Shown: positions 19,064 to 27,463, counted from the first letter of the stretch. The stretch is 62,828 nucleotides of DNA from an uncultured Porphyromonadaceae bacterium (GCA_964457845.1 CAYWHP010000003.1:19943-82770), one strand, 5' to 3'. Program-made: numbers and translations. The notes: generated from the letters alone by a model not told the origin.

Positions 19064-21376
19064 TTACAGGTCTCCATATATGGCCACCTCATGCCTGCCC
19101 CGGCTGTCGGCACAAGCGCGGTACATACCTGGTGAATTGAATACGAGGGCGATATTACCGTCCTTGTCAACCGCAATAATACCACCTTCTCCGCCGGCCG
19201 GCTTCAATCGCTTCATGATCACCTCGTCTGCCGCCTGCTGAACAGTCATCCCCTTGTATTCCATAAGCGCGGCGATCTCCCGGGCAACGGTGTAGCGTAT
19301 AAAGAACTCACCGTGGCCTGTTCCGGAAACCGCACACGATTTATTGCTTGCGTAGGTGCCGGCACCGATCACAGGAGTATCACCGATCCGGTTCCATCGC
19401 TTGTTGGTCATGCCCCCCGTGGATGTCCCTGCGGCGAGATTGCCGTTTGAATCGAGCGCCACACAGCCAACCGTGCCAAACTTGTTTTCCTTCTCCCGGG
19501 CAATGGCCCGCTGAAGATCCTTCCATCTTCGTTCGGTATAGAAATAGGTGCTGTCGACGATTTCGAGCCCGTTCTCCCTTGCGAACTGTGTGGCACCGGC
19601 GCCCGAAAGCATAACATGCGGCGATGCTGTCATCACCTTGCGGGCCAGCGTAATCGGATTCTTAACGTTCCGCACCCCGGCCACGGCCCCTGCCATGAGG
19701 TTGGATCCATCCATCACTGAGGCATCAAGCTCGTTATAGCCTTCATGGGAAAAGACCGCGCCCTTTCCGGCATTAAAAAGCGGGCAATCCTCCATAACCC
19801 TTACTACATTTTCAACCGCATCCATCGAGGTACCGCCTGTCGCAAGAATGCGGGTGCCAACCGTCAGCGCGGAGTCGAGCATGTGCAGGAACTCTTTTTC
19901 CAGCTCGGGCGGCAAATTCGCTTTAAGGATCACACCTGCCCCGCCGTGTATGGCGATGGCATATCGCGGCCTCTCCTGCGCCCCGGCAACTCCGGCGGTC
20001 AACAGCAGCAATACAAGCAGTCCGGCACCCGGGAGCATGCTCATCGTGCTCTTCAAGGGTCTGCCGAGTTTTTCAAGTCTTCTTTTACGCATCATATAAA
20101 TTAGATATCCGGAGACGATAAATAAAAGGAAAAACAGAATTTTTAACCATGCCTTTAAATCATAAATAATGATCAGTCCAAAAAAGACAACCATCAGGAG
20201 ACCCACCGAAACAGATACTTTCAGCCAGAATGGTGACAACCTGAATACGGATCTTGCATATGCATCCGGATACTTCTTCGGAAACCTCCAGGCTGCCAGC
20301 AGTATCGGCAGAAAAATAACCAGCCCGCCCAATGAGGCATAGGAGGCAAAGGTATTCAGCGAGAAACCCGATACTACACCCAATATCGACAGAACATAAA
20401 TTAAGGTCAGCAGCACCCACGGAACCTGGTGACGGGCCGTCAGCCGCCCCATCCAGAATGGAAGCATGTTGTCCTGCACCATCATCAGCAAGGATCGGGT
20501 ACCAATGATCAGCAGCGAGTTAAGTGTTGTGAGCAACGCGAGAACCGCTCCGCCAAGAATGAAAAAGATGTATACCCCGGATGAGAGGTTAGCCTTTCCA
20601 GCCACAACCAGCGGTTCTTCAGCACCAGCAAGCGATGCAGCAGGCACCGAACCGACCGTAACCCATGCAACCCCGATATAGAGCAATGCCACCAGCGGAA
20701 ACGCAATAAAAAAAGCCCTGGGGATGTTCTTCCCCGGATTCCGGATCTCGGATCCGATCTCGATAATCCCGTTGCCCCCGAAATAGGTAAAGGTGAGCAG
20801 GGCAAAACCCAGAATAAGATTGCCTGGCCCCTTTTCCAGCAAAGGCTTGAAATTTCCGGGATCAACCCGGTCGGAGCCTCCGGCAATAAAAATCACCAGC
20901 GCCCCGATCAAAAGGATAACCAGTACCCCCTGAATCTGCGCAGCAATGCGAACACCGAGCAGGTTTATCAGATAGAAGAATGTTAAAATGGCAATCGCAA
21001 CAGGGATGATCTCAATGCCGGGCAAAAGTGCCTGAATATATCGGGCACAGCCAATAAGGTAAAGCGGAATCTGGCCAAAAAATGAAGCCAGTGCATATAC
21101 CCAGACTCCGGTAAAGGCGAGCCCGGGCGAAACCATCCGGCTGGCATACATATAGTTAGCCCCGGATACTGGCATGGCCGACCCCAGCAGTGCCAGCGGC
21201 AGCATACTGATGAATACGGGAATCACTGCCAGGGCATAGGCGAGCGGCAGTGCCTGGCCACAGTACCGGTAAACGATACCGGTATAAACAAAAATCCCGC
21301 CGCCGATCATGAACCCGATCACGATGTACGACACCAGCGCGAGGCCGATCTTGTTCCGGAACTGGATGGAACTCAT
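19064..21376 (-). CDS. APC-family amino acid permease fused in frame to an isoaspartyl peptidase/L-asparaginase type 2 (Ntn hydrolase)
   Basis: aa 1-444 is a multi-TM APC permease (IGGGIF, YFGGNGIIEIGSEIRNPGKNIPRA). aa 445-770 has a signal-like segment, then AIHGGAG, PLFNAGKG and FGTVGCVA (Thr nucleophile). No stop separates the two parts. Confidence 0.85.
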   Translation of the reverse strand: MSSIQFRNKIGLALVSYIVIGFMIGGGIFVYTGIVYRYCGQALPLAYALAVIPVFISMLPLALLGSAMPVSGANYMYASRMVSPGLAFTGVWVYALASFFGQIPLYLIGCARYIQALLPGIEIIPVAIAILTFFYLINLLGVRIAAQIQGVLVILLIGALVIFIAGGSDRVDPGNFKPLLEKGPGNLILGFALLTFTYFGGNGIIEIGSEIRNPGKNIPRAFFIAFPLVALLYIGVAWVTVGSVPAASLAGAEEPLVVAGKANLSSGVYIFFILGGAVLALLTTLNSLLIIGTRSLLMMVQDNMLPFWMGRLTARHQVPWVLLTLIYVLSILGVVSGFSLNTFASYASLGGLVIFLPILLAAWRFPKKYPDAYARSVFRLSPFWLKVSVSVGLLMVVFFGLIIIYDLKAWLKILFFLLFIVSGYLIYMMRKRRLEKLGRPLKSTMSMLPGAGLLVLLLLTAGVAGAQERPRYAIAIHGGAGVILKANLPPELEKEFLHMLDSALTVGTRILATGGTSMDAVENVVRVMEDCPLFNAGKGAVFSHEGYNELDASVMDGSNLMAGAVAGVRNVKNPITLARKVMTASPHVMLSGAGATQFARENGLEIVDSTYFYTERRWKDLQRAIAREKENKFGTVGCVALDSNGNLAAGTSTGGMTNKRWNRIGDTPVIGAGTYASNKSCAVSGTGHGEFFIRYTVAREIAALMEYKGMTVQQAADEVIMKRLKPAGGEGGIIAVDKDGNIALVFNSPGMYRACADSRGRHEVAIYGDL

Positions 21377-21434
21377 AGGAAAGGTATTAGTGAGGGGAAG
21401 ATAAACATTTTCCCGAACAGACGGTTTTATTAGT

Positions 21435-21552
21435 GGTATCAGGTTTCGGGTATCAGGTTTCGGGTTTCGGGTATCAGGTTTCGGGTATCAGGTTTCGGGT
21501 GTCAGGTCCTCCACAGAAGCGCCCGATACCTTGTACCCGATACCCGACACCC
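21435..21552. repeat. Second heptamer family: GGT(A/T/G)TC(A/G) x10 with a shorter inverted arm
   Basis: Ten units of GGTATCA/GGTTTCG/GGTGTCA at 21435-21504. The inverted arm CGATACC TTGTACC CGATACC CGACACC lies at 21524-21551. Confidence 0.92.
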
Positions 21553-21569
21553 AAAAACAACAAATTAAG

Positions 21570-22499
21570 ATGAAAAACTTACTTCTATTTGGTTTTATAA
21601 TAACAACAGCAATGACATCAACCTACGGCCAGTCGAAAAATCACCGGAACGAACTGACCGCTGAAGAGAAGCGGGTGATCATCAACAAGGGGACCGAAAG
21701 GCCGTTTACCGGCAAGTTTGAAAAATTCGAACAAAAGGGGACCTACACCTGCAAATGGTGCGATGCTGATTTGTACCGGTCTGATTCCAAATTCGATGCT
21801 CATTGCGGCTGGCCAGCCTTCGACGATGAAATAGCCGGTGCCGTAAAACGGAATCCCGATCCAGACGGCAGCCGTACCGAGATCGTTTGCGCGAATTGCG
21901 GGGGACATCTTGGCCATGTATTCACCGGAGAGGGTTTTACCTCGAAAAACACACGTCACTGCGTAAACAGCATATCTTTAAACTTTAAACCCGTTGAGGC
22001 AATGGAAAGTCAGAATAAAACCGAAACCGCGATTTTTGCCGGAGGCTGTTTCTGGGGCGTGCAGCACTATTTCGATATGGCACCCGGGGTGTTGAAAACC
22101 GTGGTCGGTTATACCGGAGGCACCAAAGCGAATCCTACCTACAAGGAGGTTTGCGCTCACACAACAGGCCATGTGGAAGCCATTGAGGTAACCTACGATC
22201 CTTCAAAGACATCCTATGAGACCATGGCCCGGCTTTTCTTCGAGATCCATGATCCCACCCAGGCTAACGGCCAGGGGCCCGATATTGGCCCGCAGTACCT
22301 GAGTGAGCTGTTTTATGCAGATGAAAGCCAGCGATCCGTGGCAGACAACCTGATCACCCTGCTGAAAATAAAGGGTTACAAGGTGGTGACAAAAGTACGT
22401 CCGGCATCGAAATTCTGGCCTGCCGAAGATTACCATCAGGCCTATTACGACAAGAAGGGTGGCACCCCCTACTGTCACGCCTATACAAAGCGGTTCTGA
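21570..22499 (+). CDS. msrAB: Bifunctional methionine sulfoxide reductase MsrB-MsrA, exported
   Basis: MsrB with CKWC/CANC Zn pairs, GWPAF and RHCVNS, followed by MsrA with FAGGCFWG and AEDYHQAY. Start reassigned to MKNLLLFG (signal peptide). Confidence 0.95.
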   Translation: MKNLLLFGFIITTAMTSTYGQSKNHRNELTAEEKRVIINKGTERPFTGKFEKFEQKGTYTCKWCDADLYRSDSKFDAHCGWPAFDDEIAGAVKRNPDPDGSRTEIVCANCGGHLGHVFTGEGFTSKNTRHCVNSISLNFKPVEAMESQNKTETAIFAGGCFWGVQHYFDMAPGVLKTVVGYTGGTKANPTYKEVCAHTTGHVEAIEVTYDPSKTSYETMARLFFEIHDPTQANGQGPDIGPQYLSELFYADESQRSVADNLITLLKIKGYKVVTKVRPASKFWPAEDYHQAYYDKKGGTPYCHAYTKRF

Positions 22500-22502
22500 A
22501 GA

Positions 22503-22547
22503 AGACAGAAGACATTAGACGGAAGACATCAGACAGGAGGACAGGAG
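22503..22547. repeat. Third heptamer family: AGACnnn x5
   Basis: AGACAGA AGACATT AGACGGA AGACATC AGACAGG followed by AGGACAGGAG; fills the gap between two convergent stops. Confidence 0.8.
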
Positions 22548-22549
22548 GA

Positions 22550-24874
22550 TTACAACGATTTTATTTTAAGGCCTATATAGAAGGTTCGTGGCGCAGATGG
22601 TCCATAGATGAAGTTGCTGTCGCGGTTCTTTCCGGTATCAAAATCACGCTGGTAGGAGTTTAGTATGTTTTTCACCCCGGCAAACAATTCCAGATCGGTA
22701 TCCAGGTGAGAACTCGTAAATGAGTACGCCAAGCGCACGCTTACATCGGCGAACGGGTTGGTAGTCAGATAGGTATCCTTGATCGGCAATTCCGGAGCAC
22801 CCGCCACATGAAGCAGAGTCATCGGTCCGGTGAAAACACCGGTAAGGGATCCGTTGAACCGCCCGTTTGGTGTCAGCGTAAAGGTGGTATAGCCATAAAC
22901 ATCCGGCGACCTCAGGTAGTAACTGAGAGGCTCAAGATCTTCCGACCAGGCAACGGGAGCGTCATACAGGCTCTTTTGAACCGTAATTCCGGCTTCGAGC
23001 TGGGCCTTTCGCCGGTAGTTGCCCCTGATTTCAGCCGTGGCACCGGTAACAGCCGAACCTCCGGCATTGCGTTTTTCGTAGATCAGTCCGAACGAATCGC
23101 TTCCCGACTCCTCCAGTACAAAGGTGTTTCGTAATCGCGTATGGAAGCCTTCGAAGGTGAATCCGTACACATAGTTTTCCGTTGGCCTGTCGAAGTTAAC
23201 GGAACCGTTGAAAGTGGTTGAATATTCGGGACCAAGGTCAGGTGAGAGAACGATCCTTGAAACACCTCCGCCGGCAAAACTGAAATGCATGTCGGAATCG
23301 AAGGCCTGCGGCGCCCGGAAGCCGGTTGCAAAAGAGGAACGCAGCTGAAGGTAATTGGCAAATTTGTACAGGACCGAAATCCTGGGATTAAAAATCCATT
23401 GCGAAAGAAAATTATGCTTGTCGGCCCTGACTCCGGTCAGAAGGGTGAATCCCTTGAAAGGGAGCCAGTCGCTTTGCAGAAATATGCCGGTGTTCCGGGT
23501 GCTCTGGTCGAGATGATAATCATATGCCCTGATCCGGTCATCGACATCATCCGACAGGAATTCCGCCCCTGCGGTAATAATATTCGGACCCAGCGGAAAG
23601 GCATTCCAGCGATGGTTCAGCTGAACTCCAGCCTGCATGGTGCCGTTGAGCGTATTGCCATACGGGGGATTCATGTAATGCCGCATCATGCCGGCCGAAT
23701 CATCCGGTATGATACCGGTATAATGTTTTCGGCTGTTCCGTTGCCCGGCCGCGTAAAAAATGAACGAGCTGTTGTCGCCGTTGAAGTCAAGCTCATAATC
23801 GATCCCACCCATCAAAAGATTGTGCGTTCGTTCTTCCGATTGCAGTGCCTCATGAGCAGCCAGATCGGTGATCTGCCCGCCATAGCGGTACTCGTATATG
23901 CTGCTGAGGCTGAATTCGAGCTTTTGGCCGGGGCCCGGTTTCATAAATGAGGTTAACCCGAAGGAGTTGTTCTTAAGCCGGGGCAGTTCGGAGAATCCGT
24001 CGCCGTTGTGATCGTACATGCTTCGATTGCGGCTCGACGCAAAAATCGACAGGCCGGCATTACGCTTTTGTGAAAGCACATTAATGTTGCCATTGAAGAG
24101 GTTATCTCCCACGCCCTTGCCAATCAGCCCCTGATTTACCATGAACTCATAGGAGTTCTTGTCGGGTGTTCGCGTAATGACGTTTACTGTGCCGCCGATC
24201 GCGCTCGAACCGTACAGCGCCGATCCCCCGCCCCGCACCACCTCGATGCGCTCAATCATGTTCGAAGGTATCTGCTCGAGCCCGTACAATCCCGTCAGCG
24301 GGCTGAAGACAGGCCGGCTGTTTATAAGGATCTGAGAATACGCCCCCCCCAAACCATTCATTCGTAACTGTGTATAATTGCAGGTCTGACAATCCGTTTC
24401 CAAACGGAGGCCAGGCTGAAAGACGAGACCTTCCGAAAGCGTATTCACCTGGATCAGATCCATCGTTTTGGCATCCAACACATTAACAATAACCGGCGAA
24501 TCCGTCCTGCGCTTGAAAGTTTTCGTTCCGGTGATTACCACGTCATCCAGGGAAATGATTTCTTCCTCGAGGTCGAAGTTTATTTCGATGGATTTCCCTT
24601 TGGCTAGGCTCACTTTTTTCGTCTGCTTCCGGTAACCGAGAGCCTGGGCAACCAGATCATAGTCGCCGGTTGGCAGGTTAATGAGCATGTAGTGGCCGGT
24701 TACGTCGGTGGTGGTACCAAGCGTAGTGCCTTCGAGATAAACCGTTACAAAAGGAACATGCTCACCTTTTGACTTTACATCGCCAAAGATATTGGCATCC
24801 GTTGTCTGGGCCTGAATGGAAAAACCGGCGATTACCGCCATCATCATGAAAAGAGTTGAAAAAAGTTGTTTCAC
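22550..24874 (-). CDS. TonB-dependent receptor with N-terminal carboxypeptidase-regulatory-like domain
   Basis: GTG start and signal peptide; plug signature IERIEVVRGGGSALYGSSAIGGTVNVIT; plug CxxC (DCQTCN); C-terminal YGPSAPRTFYIGLKI. Confidence 0.93.
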   Translation of the reverse strand: MKQLFSTLFMMMAVIAGFSIQAQTTDANIFGDVKSKGEHVPFVTVYLEGTTLGTTTDVTGHYMLINLPTGDYDLVAQALGYRKQTKKVSLAKGKSIEINFDLEEEIISLDDVVITGTKTFKRRTDSPVIVNVLDAKTMDLIQVNTLSEGLVFQPGLRLETDCQTCNYTQLRMNGLGGAYSQILINSRPVFSPLTGLYGLEQIPSNMIERIEVVRGGGSALYGSSAIGGTVNVITRTPDKNSYEFMVNQGLIGKGVGDNLFNGNINVLSQKRNAGLSIFASSRNRSMYDHNGDGFSELPRLKNNSFGLTSFMKPGPGQKLEFSLSSIYEYRYGGQITDLAAHEALQSEERTHNLLMGGIDYELDFNGDNSSFIFYAAGQRNSRKHYTGIIPDDSAGMMRHYMNPPYGNTLNGTMQAGVQLNHRWNAFPLGPNIITAGAEFLSDDVDDRIRAYDYHLDQSTRNTGIFLQSDWLPFKGFTLLTGVRADKHNFLSQWIFNPRISVLYKFANYLQLRSSFATGFRAPQAFDSDMHFSFAGGGVSRIVLSPDLGPEYSTTFNGSVNFDRPTENYVYGFTFEGFHTRLRNTFVLEESGSDSFGLIYEKRNAGGSAVTGATAEIRGNYRRKAQLEAGITVQKSLYDAPVAWSEDLEPLSYYLRSPDVYGYTTFTLTPNGRFNGSLTGVFTGPMTLLHVAGAPELPIKDTYLTTNPFADVSVRLAYSFTSSHLDTDLELFAGVKNILNSYQRDFDTGKNRDSNFIYGPSAPRTFYIGLKIKSL

Positions 24875-25051
24875 GCCATAAAGTATTTCCTACCATACAA
24901 CCGGAGAAAGGGATTGTTCAGCGCTGATGTATGCCGGGGAACCATGAAGCGTCGGAGAAAGCCGGCTGAATACATCTGCCCCGGAATGCTAAAAAACTGT
25001 TAATGCCAAACAATTTGTGATAACCGGTGTTTTGAATCCAAACACTTTATT

Positions 25052-25678
25052 ATGAAAAAAACAGTTACACTGTTCGCCTTCGTTGCATTGATCGTCTTTC
25101 AGGCTCATGCAGTTAAGCACACAATTACCTACAGCGGGTTCAACTATTCCCCGGCCACCCTTACCGTGCATGTCGGTGATACGGTAACCATCCAGGCCTC
25201 AGTGAGCCATCCGATTCTTCAGGTGAGCAAAGCCACATGGAACGCCAATGGCACAACCGGACTATCCGGAGGTTTCATGAAAACCACAAAGAATTATACT
25301 ATGACGGTAGCTTCTCAGGATACTATCTGGTACATCTGCATCGATCATGTTGAGTACGGCATGAAAGGAAAGATTGTTGTAGCAGCTCTTGCAGGAGTTG
25401 AGGATGCCCCCGGACCGGCAATAAATGTTTCATTTTACCCTAACCCGGTTTCCGAAAAAGGAACGGTAAAAATCTCAGGCGCTGAACAGGCATCCTTTAC
25501 TGTTGGAGTCTTCAGCATCAGCGGACAGCTGCAGCAGGATCTCTCCCGTTCACTCACCCGGATCGGAGGCGACCAGTATGCGACGTTCGACGCCAGCACC
25601 ATGCCGGCCGGCAACTATTTTGTTCTTGCCGCCAGCGGCAAGTCCAGGATGGTTAAAAAGTTTGAGGTCATCCGTTGA
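25052..25678 (+). CDS. Plastocyanin-like cupredoxin with a T9SS type A sorting domain
   Basis: Signal peptide; YSPATLTVHVGDTV; His in SHPI and CIDHVEYGM (C-x2-H-x4-M type-1 Cu set); CTD FYPNPVSE...GNYFV...KKFEVIR. Confidence 0.85.
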   Translation: MKKTVTLFAFVALIVFQAHAVKHTITYSGFNYSPATLTVHVGDTVTIQASVSHPILQVSKATWNANGTTGLSGGFMKTTKNYTMTVASQDTIWYICIDHVEYGMKGKIVVAALAGVEDAPGPAINVSFYPNPVSEKGTVKISGAEQASFTVGVFSISGQLQQDLSRSLTRIGGDQYATFDASTMPAGNYFVLAASGKSRMVKKFEVIR

Positions 25679-27463
25679 TTCGCACCCCAAGCCGAGGGCA
25701 ACGGCTTCTGCAAAATCCATAACAGGAATATCTGCGACCGGGCTAAAAGCTTTCTTGCATAGCGGGCAGGCGGTAACCAACAGGTCCGGATTAGCAGCAG
25801 CAAGTTCACCGAAGGCGGTACGGGCCACTGTTCGCCTGGTGGCCAGTGAAAGTGAAGGAGCCCCCAGGCTGCTGCCACAGCAAAGTCCACCGGTAGCCGG
25901 AGTGACATCAGCAGCAAAAAGCCTGGCCATAATTTCACGGGGCTCCCTGACAACCCCGGAACCCCTGCCAAGCTCGCAAGGCTCATGATACGCAGCTTTC
26001 AGCGCGGAACGCACAGGTCGTATCCGGTTCCAGTCCATCAGCTGCAAAAGGTATTCGGTATGATGCATGACACGCATCCCCGGCAATATATACTCTTCGC
26101 GAAACATGCGGTAGCAGATCGGGCACGAAGTAATAAGCAGTTCTGCCCCCGACGACAAAAAATCATCCTGGAGCTGTTCCCGGATACGTGCCGCCCCGGC
26201 GTCCTGTCCGGCCAGCTTTAATGGTCTCCCGCAGCAGGCCCTGCCGCCTGAATCGTAAAACTGCCAGTCGGCACCAGCTTCACTGAAAATCCTGGTCATC
26301 GAATGGATTATTCCGGGTGTCAGATGGGTCATGCAACCGGCAAAATAGAGCACTCTTCCTGTATGTTTGTTCTGTCGGCCGTGCCCCATGGTCACACACT
26401 GGGTGCCTAACAACACGTCCTCGCGTGAAAGGTGTCTTATCGGCATAAGGTCGAGGCCAACGGGACAAGCCTCCTCACAGCGGCCGCACTGCAGGCAATC
26501 CCATTGGATATCCGACTGTCGGCCATACCTCACCGATCGGATAAAGTAATTGCTTTGAATCCGTCTGCCGGGCAATGCATCCGTCAACTGGCAGGCATCC
26601 ATGCAAATACCGCAGCCGGAGCAGGCATGAAGCGAAAGGTCGGTAAAACCAGGCGAAGCTTTCGAAACCCGTATTCCGTACTTCCTCAGGAAAATCAGTA
26701 CGGCCTCGGAAGGAATATGGGCATATCGGGTGAATGGCAGGCTGATGAAGAAGACCATCAGAACAAATGAATAGGTCCACCAGAATGGCAAAACAAGCAG
26801 CGATGGATTCAGACCGGAGGCCAGAAGATGACCCAGGGTGCCCGTAAGAAAACTGCCTGTTCCATTGGCCCCGCAGGTGGCGCTTTCAGCCAGGAGCCGC
26901 ACCGGAAAAATCAGCCATAGTGCTGTCAGTCCGATACGGTCTGCAGGACGCTGACGGGTGGTATGCCGCATCCCCAGGGTGCGGGAATGAAGTCGTTTCC
27001 AAATGGCAAGGACCAGGCCGCTGAGCACCATGAGCAGAAAGAAATCCATCCAGAAAGCAAACCCGGGAAAGCCGGCCGCTTGCGGAAATGGCTGGCCCGG
27101 ATCGAAAAACCGCCAGAATACCGATACATAAATCGGCTTGAAAAGTCGCCCTGAATAATAGACGGATTCGATATTGCCGATCAGAATCAGCATGAACCAC
27201 CCAAACGCAAGACTCATGTGCATATACCCGAGCCGCCGGTTGGACAACCATATTTTCCGGTGAAGCAGAGACTCCCGTATCACCTCCAGTATTGCCCGCC
27301 AGGTTACAGCCGTGAACATTCCCCTGTTCAACAGCTCCTTATCGGCAGGCGACAGTTTCTCAATCCATCGTATAACCTTAAATATTAGGAATATACCGGC
27401 AAAGGTAAATCCAATGGTGAACAACACCACAAAAGGATCAAATGGATGGAATACCTTTTGCAT
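25550..27463 (-). CDS. Membrane-anchored Hdr-like Fe-S oxidoreductase: NarI/HdrE-like TM region, 2x[4Fe-4S] and two CCG domains (HdrD-like)
   Basis: About 5-6 TM segments with His in YMHMS and YAHIP; CSGCGICMDAC and CLQCGRCEEACP; AGCMTH/ACCGR/SCPIC and EPCEL/LCCGS/ACPLC. Confidence 0.85.
   Translation of the reverse strand: MQKVFHPFDPFVVLFTIGFTFAGIFLIFKVIRWIEKLSPADKELLNRGMFTAVTWRAILEVIRESLLHRKIWLSNRRLGYMHMSLAFGWFMLILIGNIESVYYSGRLFKPIYVSVFWRFFDPGQPFPQAAGFPGFAFWMDFFLLMVLSGLVLAIWKRLHSRTLGMRHTTRQRPADRIGLTALWLIFPVRLLAESATCGANGTGSFLTGTLGHLLASGLNPSLLVLPFWWTYSFVLMVFFISLPFTRYAHIPSEAVLIFLRKYGIRVSKASPGFTDLSLHACSGCGICMDACQLTDALPGRRIQSNYFIRSVRYGRQSDIQWDCLQCGRCEEACPVGLDLMPIRHLSREDVLLGTQCVTMGHGRQNKHTGRVLYFAGCMTHLTPGIIHSMTRIFSEAGADWQFYDSGGRACCGRPLKLAGQDAGAARIREQLQDDFLSSGAELLITSCPICYRMFREEYILPGMRVMHHTEYLLQLMDWNRIRPVRSALKAAYHEPCELGRGSGVVREPREIMARLFAADVTPATGGLCCGSSLGAPSLSLATRRTVARTAFGELAAANPDLLVTACPLCKKAFSPVADIPVMDFAEAVALGLGCESTDDLKLFNHPGLAAGGKNKIVAGRHGAGVERRILVASDPGE

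Noticed and set aside
21531-21569. N-terminal extension of MsrBA (MYPIPDTQK...)
   Set aside because: It is the inverted arm of the heptamer array; the signal peptide begins at 21570.
24880-25050. Known riboswitch (TPP, cobalamin, fluoride, NiCo) upstream of the TonB receptor
   Set aside because: I could not find the conserved cores by eye. Kept only as an unclassified pattern in the findings.
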